From positions 88,412,001-88,476,000 of the forward strand of contig CM059435.1 of the NCBI GenBank assembly GCA_030390025.1: a stretch of 64,000 nucleotides of DNA, written 5' to 3'. The stretch comes from Squalus acanthias (Eukaryota). This document shows positions 49,047-62,900 of this stretch, in pieces. The notes below the pieces were generated by a model. It did no database searches. It saw only the letters and a list, made by a program, of their open reading frames with translations, and was not told the origin of the DNA. A program made the position numbers and the translations under genes. Each line of letters starts with the position of its first letter. The stretch's first letter is position 1.

Positions 49047-49790
49047 GGCCTGGCATTTGCGGTTGTACTGACGGCGAAACTCAGTGCTTGCCGTCATTAC
49101 TGTGTAAAACTGACAGCAACTTCTGGCATCCGCACATGCGCAGTTAAATGCGAAAATCCGAAAGTTGCTATTAGTGATACCCTGCTGTTCCACATGGTGC
49201 GCTGTTGCAGTCTTTGCAGATGCAATCAACACAGCATCAGTGATTTGACGTGAACTTCAACTTTTTACGCTGTAAAAACCATTGAAAATGTTCAGCCTTG
49301 TTGAATGACATGTAATGAAGTTTTTAACTGCGTACTGAGTCATCATTACTGCTGAACAACCTCTTGGGCCCTGAAAAACACATTTTTCAAGTGTGGAGTG
49401 TCATTCTCAGTATAACATTTAAAAATTCCACGGTTTTTAAATTAATAAAATTTAATTTTTTTAAAGTTTACAGCTTCTACCTTAATCCTGTGTGTATGTC
49501 CCAATCTTTATTTCGCTTTCTATAAAATGATTAAAAAGTGAATTATAATTGATGCTTTTTACTTCCTGGTTTGCTGTCTGAGAGAATTCTTCAATCTGAT
49601 TGGCTGATCAGCCTGCTTGCTGATTTCACTGTTTCTGGATGTCACAGATTCCCTATAGATGGTGCCAGATTCAAATCACGTTGGAATAGAGGAAATCAAC
49701 GCTCTAGAGCCTGCAAAATCTTTGTGGGCAGTTCTTTTTGAGGTCAACGGCGAGCGCTGTCCCTTCACTGCTGATCGCAAAATCTGGCCC
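49047..49790. mobile_element. Harbinger-type MITE, more diverged relative
   Basis: Ends ggcctggcatttgcg / cgcaaaatctggccc, AT-rich core, cgcacatgcgca motif; both sides flanked by atagtt. Confidence 0.65.
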
Positions 49791-50594
49791 ATAGTTGTGT
49801 TCATATAACAGTATGGCATTGAAATTAACCAAATTGTAAGGCTTATGCCAGATGTCTGTTCGTAATCTGTTTTTTCAGATTGGACGAGTGATGTATTAAG
49901 ATAATAAAGTAGTGCTTTGTACTTGGTGAAAGTGACTTGTGACACTTCATGTGCATAAACCTAATTGCTTCAGGTGGACCTGTTCTCTAGTAATGAGTGA
50001 TGAAATTGAAGTCAAAGTTTGAGTTTGGGATAGTTTGATTTTTTTTAAATGATTCACTTTTGTGAGATACAAATTTTCTATATATCGGGGCAGAATCCTT
50101 TTCAATGTCTTGCAATATGTTTTCAATAATCATGACAGCTGAATACTTTGGCTGGAACCACAGGGAAAAGAGGTAGATCTTAGCCACAACCATTTCATTT
50201 TGGAAAACTTCAGTGCTCATTTGGCATCTGAAAGTCATTCTGTGCGCATGCAATTCATATGGTTTGAGGCAGTCCCATTCTGCCATTTTGTTTCTTGAAT
50301 CCTTAGTGGGTCAGAGAAGATGGTCTTCCATTTCCATTGCAGTTTTAATACTCAAACTTGCAATCTGAATGAACCTTCCTTCTGAACTTGTATGAACACA
50401 CATTTTTACTAGTTTATAGTATAAAGTGAAGATAGTGTGATCTTAGTTTTCAAACATCTTAAAATAAAAAATTAAATATTGCAGCAGTTGAATAATTTTA
50501 GAATTTAACATTTTTTAAACATTCCTTCATGTATGCATTTATAAATAAACTCAATTTAATACTTGGCCCCAAAGGTTTAAATTATGAACCGGTT

Positions 50595-51009
50595 GCAGAA
50601 ACATGGTTTTTATTCCCTTGAGTTTAGAAGGATTGAGGGGTGATCTATTCGAGGTATTTAAAATGAGAAAGGGATTCAGTAGGGTAGATAGAGATAAACT
50701 ATTTCCTCCAGTGGACGAACGAGGGGACATAGTCTTAAAATTAGAGCTAGGCCATTTAGCAGTGAAATCAGAAAGAACTTTTTCACGCAAAGATTAGTGA
50801 AAATTTGGAATTTGCTCCCCCAAAGGCTGTGGATGCTGGGTCAAGTGAAATTTTCAAGACTGAGGTCGATAGATATATGTTGGGTATAGGTTATCATGGG
50901 ACATGGAGCAAAGGCAGGTAAATAGAGTTGCGATACAGATCAGCCATGATCTAACTGAATGGCAGAACAGGCTCGAGGTGCTGAATGGCCTACTGCTGTT
51001 CCTATGTTC
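50595..51009 (+). mobile_element. CR1 3' fragment
   Basis: LRGDLFEVFKMRKGFSRVDRDKLFP plus 3' UTR cagccatgatctaactgaatggc. Confidence 0.88.
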
Positions 51010-52065
51010 CCGTGAATTAATTAATGTGAGTTCTGGAATTTAAAACTGCTTACATTTGTTGAGGACACGCATTTGGCTTTGTTTTTTTTTACAGATGGGG
51101 TCACAGATTACTCCGATTTAGTTATGCGCTTGCCTTTTTTACTCCCCACCCCTCCCTGCAAAAGTAGATATTGGGCCAGAAACTTAGAAATACAGCAATT
51201 GCATGCAGACTAACCATTTGGATGGAAAGCAGCAAGAAGAAAGCAAAATTATATCCGGAGGGAGTAAAAGGATGGTGAGTATAGTGAGGGAAGTAAGGAG
51301 AAGACAACTAATAATAGAAGAAAAGCAAGAAAAAAAACCAGAGCAGCATTGGAAAATGTAAAAAAAAAATATAAATCAAACTATGATGCAAATAGTTTGA
51401 AGGCAATTTCATGATTACAGTATCTGCATATGAGCCAGAGAGATTTACTTAACAAATATTTTCAGACACTTCCAGACTGCAGGGCTGTTTCTTCTTTTGG
51501 GTGGGGGTTGGGGGCGGGGAGAGGGAAGGAAGAGAAATGGAAATTGTACAGATGCTAGGATTATTTTTGCCATCAGAAATAGTGGTTGGTTATTACACAG
51601 AATGTGATGACCTAAATAGCATGCCCTGCATCAGGTGTGTACTCAGTACAGAGAATATATTCTAAAATTAATCACTAGAGTTTATTTTTACAGTTCTTTC
51701 CTGTTTAAAGCAGACTTAGAGGAAAGATTTCTTCTTACTAGTGGCTGCAATTAGCAGTTTATACTGCAGCAATAATGACTCCATAAAGTTGCACCTTTTT
51801 GGCATTATCATAATCTAAAAATCATCTTTGGTCATCCACAAATAGCATTTTACACAGTCTGTTTTTACATAATGCTACCTTTTATCATATTTGAGTGAGT
51901 AACTGCAGTGTTCTTACCATTTCTGATGAATGATAGGTAAAGGATTCAGCTAATATCAGCTGCCTTTCAAAATATCGAGGGCCACCTCTGTTGCCTAAAA
52001 CTCGAGCTAAATATCTCAATCTGGGTTCAACGAAAAGTACAACATAATATAATCACAAATATAAA

Positions 52066-52180
52066 GCAAAGAAAGAACATGTATTTATATAGCGTCTTTC
52101 ACGATCTCTGGACTTCCCACGGTGCTTCACAACCAATTAAGTATGTTTGAAGCGTAATCACTGTTGTAATGTGGGGCAAC
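52066..52180 (-). mobile_element. SacSINE1-like 3' fragment
   Basis: aaagaaagaacatgtatttatatagcgtctttcacga..cactgttgtaatgtgg. Confidence 0.75.
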
Positions 52181-52934
52181 ATACTGACTCTTTAATTGTT
52201 GCAAAATTTAACAGTATATTAAAAGAACTGTTCATTCATGAGCCTGCAGGAGCAAGAACTGGATTTATTGTGCTTTAAAAGGATCTTCTATTTGCTTTAA
52301 TGACAGCCACTACTGATTAATCTTTAAGACTTTGAAGTCTGTTCATGAATATGAAGAAGTAACTATAAAAATAAACTATTCCTCGTGATTTAACTATTTA
52401 AACATATGCTGTGTATTGAATGCCTTTTGTAGGGTATACTTTTCCTTTTAACCAGCAGCCCACATCCTCAGTCACAAACCTTCCTTAAAAAGTTTTTTTT
52501 TAATGGGCGGGGTGTGGGGGAGAGGACAGTGACATGCCAGATTGGTATGATGATGGAATTGTAGGGTATGAGTTGGTTCCCTCAAATCTTCACTTTGTGT
52601 GCTTTTTGATCTCAGCAGACCAATGACCAACGGTAATGTAGGGATGCACTTAGAGCTCTGTTTAAAGTTGACTTTGGCATGCGCCCGGGAACAGGAAGCC
52701 TGCTCACAAATTTAGTGTACAATGCAAGGAATCAAAAGAGGAAAAGCGTAAGACTACACAGGGATACTTACCACTTTCAAGTAAATATAGGAGTGTATTG
52801 GTTCTAAAATTGGGAGCTCACTGTGATTTAGCAACGTCAAGCTTGAGTTAGTTTACTCATCCTGTCACTAAATATTTATGTAAGAGTCTTAAAATAATGT
52901 TCTGGTAATAGTCTATCTGGTAGATTTGTCAATG

Positions 52935-53300
52935 GCCTATTGGACAAAGGCACTGCTCAGCATAGTACTAAGCCATAGAAACTATAAGGTTCCAGGTTTG
53001 AACCCCAATCCGTGCTGAACTGGCTGACCTGAGTCAGAACAGCAATTGTATTACAGTTGGCCAGAGCACCCCTGGGTGAGGGAGAGGGGACATCAGTTCG
53101 AGTTCCACTTCTTGATTGTATTCAATGGCGCTGTGTGCGTGGGCATCTGGTGAAGACAGGATTGGGGTGGGGTGTGATACTCTCCATAATCGAAGGACCT
53201 GCTAGTACTCACATTCTTTGCTCACAGATGGAGAATGACCACTTGAATAAGGTACTGGAGGGCTGGCAGCATCTCTGGAATTGTTCTGCATCACCGACCG
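52935..53300 (+). mobile_element. Old tRNA-derived SINE (family not named here); a further partial copy lies at 54440-54690
   Basis: B-box-like ggtttgaaccc and a body shared with at least four other loci in the window. Confidence 0.6.
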
Positions 53301-53366
53301 GTCTGGCAGCAAGGGGTGGGGGTTTGGTGGATCCTTGTGGTGTAAAAAAATGTATAATAATACCAT

Positions 53367-53912
53367 GGCCCACAATTTTCTGTCATAGTGTAACCAGCAA
53401 GTTGTACTGAAATTTATGTTGACCTTCCTGTCAGTGCGTTACGCTGAAATTTCCTGAGAATTTCATTAGCATAAGAATCGGTGGAAATCAACATGAGCAA
53501 TCAGGACCAGAGGAAAGCACCAGACTTGCATCATATTTCTTCTTTAAGTCGCTATGCATGAAAATTAAAGTTAGAAACCATTAAACCATTATTTATTCAC
53601 AATAGGCAACATGGAAGTTTTTCCATTTTTAATGCAAATCATTCTGCTGCCATAAAGATGCAATTAAAGATACGGAAAAATACATTTTGGATTTCAGTGA
53701 GGAGAAATAAAGATCACCATAACCACCAGAAATAAGACTTTGGGGATCTGTTGCACCTAAAATTTTAGACATAAAGTTACAGTCCGTTCAGAACTGGTGT
53801 AAATTTGCATCAGCTGCGCTTTTACATGGGGGCAGAGCTTTGTTAATGAGCGGCAGAGGGTATTGGTGGAGGTTTCACAGAATTGGCGTGAAAGATCAAG
53901 GAAATTCGGGCA
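53367..53912. mobile_element. Possible Harbinger-type MITE, very diverged
   Basis: Ends ggcccacaattttc / ggaaattcgggc. Confidence 0.35.
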
Positions 53913-54924
53913 TAGCATAAAACCAAAAATCAATTGCGCCCGAATCTTCTGCGCTGAAAATCGACATTGCACCGTTGTTTCAGCACAAGTTTTTAAAGGA
54001 AATTTTGCATCATGTTGCACGCTATAAAATTGGACCTCTGCCGGTCACACTATTGGAAAAGGCAGCTGAGTCACTCCAGGCTGCAAATGTGAATTGTAAC
54101 ATAAATTGCTTTATTTCTCCCTCTGAAGCTGCACGGGGCTTGGTGATTTGTGGGGAGGGGCCTGATACAATTGTGGCTGGATGTGTGTATGATGACGCAT
54201 AAACTCACATGCACATCTGGACTTAATTGGAACATTTCCAGGACTGGAACCATTTCTAAGGGGCACACTGCATGCTACAACTAGTCTTTAATACCTGCTG
54301 CATCTCTGTTTTTGTTTCAACAGTGTTCAATTTGGGAGTGCAGTTTTAGTGTCTTGCACTGATTTAAGTTAGAAAGTTGTTTTTATGTGTATATTTCAAA
54401 GTATTGTTAGTTTGTCAGGAGTTAGCTAATCTCTGCATTGCAGGGCTGGGGAGGGGAAAGGGAGGGAAATCAGTCGAGGATTCCTATCCAATTGACTCCT
54501 GGAAAATGTGCATCTGTAGACACAGGTGACAACCAGCCGTGAAGCCATCAATAATCAAATAACTTGCCGACCGTGTCTAGGCTCACATACGAGTGATGGC
54601 CATTTGGGTGAGGTAATGAACTGCAGGCACTTGTGGAACTGAACCGCCCTTAAGATTCAGCATCATCAGGAGAGAAGGGGAGAACAAGTGATGAAATATG
54701 GGGGGCTAAGAAAGTATTATCATGAAATCTAAAATCCTTTCTTTAAACTAATTTGCTCAACAAGTACTGTCGTACTTTAACAAGAAATCCGCTATAATTA
54801 AGCTAAAGTCAAAAGAGAAAAACACTACAAGCAATTGGCTATGCTCTGCCTAAACTGTTATATCAAAATACTTTTATGAAAGCTTTTATTAAAGCAAGTG
54901 AAAGTAATTTACACTATTAATAAA

Positions 54925-56388
54925 AATGAATGCACATGGAATTAGAGGCAACCTATTGGCTTGGCTAGGGAATTGGTTAGGAGGTAGGAGACAGAGTAGA
55001 GATAACGGGTATGTACTCAAATTGGCAGGATGTGACCAGTTGTGTCCCCCAGCGATCTATACTGGGGCCTCAGCTTTTCACTATTTTTAAATGACTTGGA
55101 TGCAGGAATAGAGAACCGAATGTCTAAGTTTGCTGACAACACTAAGTCAGGTGGCACAATAAGTCAGGGCAACACGGTGGCATAGTGGTTAGCACTGTTG
55201 CCTCACAGCGCCAGGGACCCGGGTTCGAATCCAGCCTCGGGTGACTGTCTGTGTGGAGTTTGCACATTCTCCCCGTGTCTGCGTGGGTTTCCTCCGGGTG
55301 CTCCGGTTTCCTCCCACAGTCCAAAGATGTGCGGGTTAGGTTGATTTGGCTATGATAAATTGACCCTTAGTGTTAGGGGGATTAAATACGTGGGGTTACG
55401 GGGATAGGGTGGGATATGTGTCGGTGCAGGCTCGATGGGCCGAAATGGCCTCTATCTGCACTGTGGGGATTCTGTGAATAAATAGTGTAGGCGGGAGCAG
55501 ATAGTTGCAAAGGGACATTGATACATTAAGTGAGCAGGCAAAACTGTGGCAGATAGAGTTCTATACGGGAAAGTATAAAGTCATCCACTTTTGACCGAAG
55601 AAAGAGAGATCAGAGTATTTTCTAAATGGCGAGACGCTAGGAACTGTGGAGGAACAGAGAGATTTAGGGGTCCAAGTACAGAAATCACTAAAAGCTAGTG
55701 GACAGTACAAAAAAGAATTAAAAAGGCTATTGGAATGTTGGCCTTTATCTCAAGGGGACTGGAATATTAAGGGGTGGAAGTTATGTTACAGCTGTACAGA
55801 GCTCTGGTCAGACCCCATTTAGAGCACTGTGCTGTGTTCTGGGTACCGCACCTCAGGAAGGAAATATTGGCCATGGAGGGGGTGCAGCGCAGATTCACCA
55901 GAATGAAACTGGGGCTAAAAGGGTTCAATTATGAAGCCAGATTGCATAGACTAAGCTTGTATTCCCTTGAATATAGAAGATGAAGGGGTGATCTAATTGA
56001 GGTGTTTAAGATGATCAAAGGAGTTGATAGGGTAGATAGCGAGAAACCATTTCCTCTGGTGGGGGAGTCCAGAAGAAGGGAGTATAACCTTAAAATTAGA
56101 GCTAGGCCATTCAGGGGTAATGTCAGGAAGTATGTCCTTACACAAAGGTTGGTGGAAATCTGGAACTCAGCCCCCCATCCCCCACCCTCCCCCAAAAAAT
56201 TCTGTTGCGATTAGGTCAATTGAAAATGTCAAAACTTTGAGATTTATAGATTTTTGTTAAGCAAGGGTATTAAGGGTTATGGAACCAAAGCAGGCAGATG
56301 GAGTTAAGATACAGATCAGCCATGATCTAATTGAATGGCGGAACAGGCTCAAGGCACTGAATGGCCTACTCCTGTTTCTGTGTTCCTA
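54925..56388 (+). mobile_element. CR1 LINE RT to 3' fragment, interrupted by an HE1 SINE
   Basis: tctaagtttgctgacaacactaag; LYRALVRPHLEHC; CR1 3' UTR. Confidence 0.92.
55167..55478 (+). mobile_element. HE1-type V-SINE, full length, nested in a CR1
   Basis: A-box tggcatagtgg, B-box ggttcgaatcc, V-domain and CR1-like tail; near-identical reverse complement of 7217-7540. Confidence 0.93.
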
Positions 56389-58489
56389 GAAGAGTTCGAA
56401 CAGAGACTTGACCACCTCTACAGTACTTGATCTGCAGATTGGAGGTAAAAATAAAATAAGCATAACAAAAATGTTAGAAATAAATGGAGAGATTCTCTAC
56501 ATTCTCTTAATTAAAATACAAAAGTGAATTTATTTTTACAATTTGACTCTGATGCTGTAGATTTCATTAAGCAAAACACCAGGCCCAACAGTTATTTTCT
56601 TAAATGGGACAGGGCATTTGAAAATACTCCTTACCAAACTTATTCTTTAAATATGAATTACAGAGATGGTCCTTATCCAATACAGATAGCTTTTGGAATC
56701 ACAACACAGGTTTTGCTGTTTGCAAGTGATAGGAAGTCATCCATAATGGATTGTCATTTTCACCAGAGTATAGAATAGGATTATATTTATGTTGTGGAGG
56801 AGTTGTTAAAAAGTAACATACTTTTGCAAGCAGAAGTGAAAAAGGTGACTATTCTAGAGGCGTCCAAGATAACTACTGGCAGAGTGCATGATCCCTATGA
56901 ATACAACATAATTTGTCTGCTCCTAGTGCTCTACATTTGCCTCCTTTTTATATTGTGGGTTAGGAACTAGAGCACTGGCAGTAACGGGGAAATAGTTGTA
57001 CACATGTAGATGTTAAACAGTTTCATTTTCAACTTGTGCTTTGGCTATGGATGTTAGGGGTAGGTTCTAGGATAGGTCAGTAAAGCCCAAATTACATTGC
57101 TGGCCTATTAGAGCAGGCTGAGCTCTCAGCAAAAAGAACAAGTGGCCCGGGGCATACAGTACAGTGCCCACCACTTCTAGTGGGTGGGTGCGTTGGTGGT
57201 GGTAACGTGGTTTTCCCGCTATAAGAAGTGGACAGTACACAAAAAGCAAAATTGTGGATTTTCTCCAGGTCTCCAATCTCTGGATCATTGTGATTTTCCC
57301 AGTTGCTCTCCCCCTGCCCCCCCCCCCCCCCCCCTGGTCTCGATTTGCTGCTACAACATATCGGAGAAATTCAATAAGTGTTGCGCATCTTTGTTAAAGA
57401 GCTAATCAATTAAAAAGGGCTGTTGGCATCTTGTGAACATCAAGATGCCAAAGCTTCCAGCTCCTGAAATAGCTGGCGCCTTTATTGTGTGAAAAGCAGC
57501 GCCTTTGCAATTGACTTCAATGGTGATGGCAAATGATTGGTGCCATTTGCCTGATATAGGCGACTGCCCTTGATGCGCGTGGATGGTATAAGTGGTGGGG
57601 ACTGTATCTCCAGCGGTGGGTTTTCATGTCGCCAGAGGGACTAATGCAGCTTTGTTTCCATTACCTCGCTGCCACAGGAGTTGGGACTTGGCTGTGGCAG
57701 CAGTGCTGTGATACAAATGTGGTGTAAGTCTTAAATCTTCTGTGTATTATGTTTGCATATATTGGTTTAGATGTCATTTCAGTTGAATTAAAGATGTTTT
57801 GTATTCTCTTTCTTCCTTCCCCGCCCCCACAGTCTCAATTGTTTGTTTCACCAGATTGTTGATAAAATGACGCGTCTGCATCTCTGTTTTGTAGCTTTTT
57901 CATTGTCCCATATGGGAGAATTTTCTAGCTTCATTTTTAGTGTAAGCCAACATAATTAAGAGAAACCACTGCGTACCCTGGTGCCCAGTTTCTAGAGAAT
58001 ATTTTACTGAGACGCATTCATCCTCTGACATTGTAGGGCCAAACCAGTCAAATTCACTCTTCTCTCCTGTGACCAGTGCATGAAGCAGATGATGTGGTTT
58101 AGTTGAGGCAGCTTATCAATTATATTTTGGTTTGTTCCCTGAAGCGATAACCCTTATTAATAAGTTAGGATGTGGGTTGATACAAGCAGATTTGCTACAT
58201 TTTCCCTGAGGAAACCTCTGTGTTAATAAGTCGAGCTGTGAGTTATCATGGGAATATGTCTGACTGAATTTTTTCACTTTGTTCAGAATTATTTTGCCAA
58301 ACGTCACTGCAGTATATCCATCAAAACTATGTGCAGTCAGAATGGCTCTGTGCAGTGTTGCTTTGCACTGAATATAAATGTGTGTGGGTCTATATGAGCT
58401 GTGCTGGTTCACAAAATGGCCAGGGTTTCTGCCCCTTCCCCATTTTATTTCAAGAAACTACATTTCTTTGCAGTGTGCAACTAACACTA

Positions 58490-59278
58490 AGGAAGAATGC
58501 AACTTAATACAAGTAGACATTCGAAAACTTGCAGGACTCGGCAGTTAAGTGGCAAATGAACTTTAAGATGGATAAATGTGAGGTGAAGCACTTTAGTAGG
58601 AAAAATAGAAACATCACCTGCACCTTAGAAAATAAGAAACTGAACGGGGTAGAAGAGCAAAGGGATCCAGGGATACAGGTGAACGAATCATTAAAAGCAG
58701 CATCGCAGGTCAGCAAAGCAATTAAGAATGCTAACAAAGCACTGGGATTTATTTCTAGGGGTATAGAATTCAAAAGTAGTGAAGTTATGTTAAACTTGTA
58801 TAGGACTCAGGTCAGACCACACTTGGAGTACTGTGCACAGTTCTGGTCTCCACACTATAAAAAGGACATAGATGCACTGGAGAAAGTGCAAAAAAGATTT
58901 ACAAGGATGGTACCAGAACTGAGAGATTACAGCTATCGGGAAAGATTGAACAGGTTGGGGCTTTTATCTTTGGAAAAGAGAAGACTTGGAGGTGACCTGA
59001 TAGAGGTCCTTAAAATTATGACTGGGTTGGACAGGGTAGATGTGGAGAGAATGTTTCCACTTTTGGAAGAATCCAAAACTAGGGACCATCAATACAAGCT
59101 TAGATGCTTTCAAAAGGAAACTAGATGAGTACATGAGAGAAAAGGGAATAAAAATATATGTTGAAAGGCTGAGATGAGGCGGATGGAATGGGAGAGGAGA
59201 CATGTGTGGAGTATAAACACCAGCACAGACTAGTTGGGCTGAATGGCCTGTTTCTGTGCTGTATATTGCATGTAATTC
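58490..59278 (+). mobile_element. CR1 LINE 3' fragment
   Basis: KWQMNFKMDKCEVKHF..RPHLEYCAQFWSPHYKKDI; internal deletion near 59098. Confidence 0.93.
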
Positions 59279-59924
59279 CAAGAATTTAACAATTAAATAA
59301 TTTTATAAATGTAAATTTCTTTGCTGTATAATCCTTCGTGTGGCACTGCTATTTACTTTAATTCCCTCCAGTGGGCTATCTCTCAGTGGTAAATGCTGCC
59401 TCCCCCCCCCCGCCCCATATTTCAGGCGATTTCAGCATACTATTCTAAGCAACAATGCTTCTAAATTGGCTTGATAATGGGCTGTATTCTCCTCTTTGTA
59501 GTGGTATTGCAATGAGGTGGGACTTCCACTCACTGCCCAGGCACTGCCATATGCCTGACCCATTTTCCTGGATTGGGGCTATGGGGCTCTGGTAGGGTAC
59601 AGAATCCTGGCAGTGGGACTGCTGCTGCAGCAGCACAAGAGGTAGCTGGCCTTTTGAAGGAGGCTGGCGAGCCCCAAAGAGGATTCCAAGAATTTTTTTC
59701 CAGACCTAGTCCGAGGCCTAATAAGGCGAGACATTGGAGCTGCTGTGGAAGGAGAGGAGGCCTCTACTAGACCCCCTCCCGCCATTAATAGAATTTTGGT
59801 GCCTTGCTGCTGTTACTCTGGGCATATCGCCACCATTCCCCAAGCAGTTGCAGGGAGTGGCAAAAAGTGGGGCATATGGGAGCAAAATTGGCTGGAGGAA
59901 GTGCAGGAGTCTTCGGGGTGTGTG

Positions 59925-62900
59925 TGTCACTCTCAAACCGATACACAGCATTGGCGATTACTGGGCGTGACGACACCTTGAAGGAGTGCAGTCCAGACCA
60001 TGGCACGAATGGGCAAGGGACTACACGGGGGAACAGCAAAGCATAGAAATGCAGTCGTTCTAGGAGATTCCATAGTTAGGGGGGACAGACTGGCGTTTCT
60101 GTAACCATCACCGTGAGTCCCGCATGGTGTGTTGCCTCCCTGGTCCCAGGGTAACAGACATCACGGACAGGGTGCAGAATATTCTGCAGGGGGAAGGGAG
60201 TGAGCCAGAAGTTGTGGTACACGTCGGTACCAACGACATAGAGAGGGCAGGTATTGAGGTCCTACAGCCAGACTTTCAGCAGCTAGGGAGGAAGTTTAAA
60301 AAGTAGGACCTCAAAGCTAGTAATCTCTGGATTACTCCCAGTGCCACGCACCAGCGAGAGTAGAAATAGGAAGATAGGGAGGATCAATGCGTGGCTTGAG
60401 GCATGGCGCAGGAGGTAGGGCTTCAGATTCTTGGAGCATTGGGACCAGTTCTGGGGCAGGAAGCACCTATTCAAAAGGGACGGGTTGCACCTCAGCAGGA
60501 CTGGGACCAATGTCCTCACGGTGCACGAGTGTGGTTGGGGAGGGTTTAAACAATGGGCAAGGGGGTGGACACCAGCATATAGAAGTAGAAAAGGTATATA
60601 AAGGAGGGAGAGTGTTGGATAGTACTGGAGAAGGAAGTAGTACCATATTACATAGGAGCAGACTGAGAAGGACTATGAGGAATACAAAGACAGGTTTGGA
60701 ATGCAGGTATATAAACGCACAAAGTGTGGTGAATAAGGTTAGTGAGCTACAAGCACAATTAGCCGTGTGGGAATATGATGTAGTGGCAATAACGGAAACG
60801 TAGCTTAAAAATGGTGAGGACTGGCTGCTTAATATTCATGGATACAAGGTGTTCAGAAAAGATAGGGAAGGAAAAAAGGGAGGTGGGGTGGCAGTACTGA
60901 TTAGGCAAGACATTGTAGTGTTGGAAAGAGAGGATGTCCTTGAGGGGGCAAGGACAGAATCCATTTGGTTAGAGTTGAGAAGCAAAAAGGGTATGATCAC
61001 GCTATAGGGGTATTCTATAGGCCTCCAAATAGTGAGAGAGAGAGATAGAGGAACAAATCTGCAGGGAAATCACAGATGTGCAAGAACTATAGAGTGGTGA
61101 TATTGGGGGACTTTAATTACCCAAATATCGATTGGGATAATGTTAGAGTAAAGGGGAAGGAGGGGGAGGAATTTCTGAAATGTGTTCAGGAGAACTTCCT
61201 TGATCAGTATGTTCTTGGCCCAACTAGGAAGGAGGCATTGCTGGATCTGGTGCTGGGGAATGAGATGGACCAAGTCTCTGTGGGAGAACACTTGGGTAAG
61301 AGTGATCATCGTATCATAAGGTTTAGGTTAGTAATGGAGAAGAGCAAGGAACAATCTAAAGTAGAACTTCTAAATTGAAAGAGGGCTAACTTCAATGGGA
61401 TGAGAGGAGATCTAGCCAGGGTAAAATGGAACCAAAGATTGACAGGAAATACTGTAATGGAACAATGGGTGATCTTTAAGGAGGAGATGTTTCAGGTACA
61501 GGCTAGGTACATTCCAACAAGAAGGAAAGGTAGGGGAACCAGAGCCAGGGCTCCTTGGATGACGAGGGAGATAGAGAAGATGATGAAACAAAAAAAGTGT
61601 GTGTATGATGCATGTCAGGTGAATTATTCAAGTGAGAACCAGGCCAAATACAATAAGTTGAGAGGGGAAGTGAAGAGGAAAATAAGACTGGCAAAGAGAG
61701 AATATGAGAATAGAATGGCAGTTAACATAAAAGGGAACCCAAAAATCATCATCTGGCATGTAAATAGTAAGCGGGTAGTAAGAGGCGGAGTGGGACCTGT
61801 TTGGGACAACGGTGGTGATATATGCTTAGAGGCGCAGGCAAGGCTAGAAAGAAAAGAAAGACTTGCATTTATATAGCGCCTTTCACGACCACTGGACGTC
61901 TCAAAGCGCTTTACAGTCAATTAAGTACTTTTTTTGAAGTGTAGTCACTGTTGTAATGTGGGAAACGCGGCAGCCAATTTGCGCACAGCAAGGTCCCACA
62001 AACAGCAATGCGATAATGACCAGATAATCTGTTTTTGTTATGTTGGTTGAGGGATAGATATTGGCCAGGGCACCGGGGATAACTCCCCAACTTAATGAGT
62101 ACTTTGTATCAATGTTTACTAAGGAAGAGGATGCTGACAAAATATCGGTAGAAGCGGAGATGGTAGAGGTAATGGATGGGGTGAAAATTGATAAGCAGGA
62201 TGTACTGGAAAGGCTGGGTATGCTTAAGAGTGGATAAGTCACCTGGTCCGGATGGCTTGCATCCCAGGTTGCTAAGGGAATTGGAGGAGGAGATAGCGAA
62301 AGGGCTTGCCATAATTTTCCTATCTTCCCTAGATGCGGGGGAGGTGCCAGAGGATTGGAAAGTGGCAAATGTGACACCCTTGTTCAAGAAAGGGTGTAAA
62401 GACAGTCGTAGTAACTATAGGCCGGTCAGTTTAACATCAGTGGTGGGTAAGGTTTTAGAAACAATAATCAGGCAAAAAATTAACGGGCACTTGGAGAGGT
62501 TTAAGCTAATTAAGGAGAGCCAGCAAGGATTTGTAAGAGGCAGATCGTGTTTGACTAATCTATTTGAATTGTTTGATGAAGTAACAGAGAAGGTTAATGA
62601 AGGGAATGCAGTGGATGTTGTCTATATGGATTTTAAGAAAGCATTTGACAAAGTACCACATAAAAGGCTGGTTAACAAAATTGAGGCTCATGAAATAGGA
62701 GGGTCAGTGTCAGCTTGGATAAGAAATTGGCTTAAGGACAGAAAACAGCGAGTCGTGGTAAATGGTTGTTTTTTTAGACTGGAGGATCCTAGACAGTGGT
62801 GTTCCCCAAGGCTCAGTGCTAGGATCACTGCTTTTTTTGATATATATAAATTACTTGGATATTGGAATACAGAGTAAAATTTCATAATTTGCCGATGATA

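Noticed and set aside
59370-59900. GC-rich block with overlapping ORFs upstream of the long CR1
   Set aside because: No recognisable protein or termini; cannot tell whether it is CR1 5' sequence or a decayed MITE.
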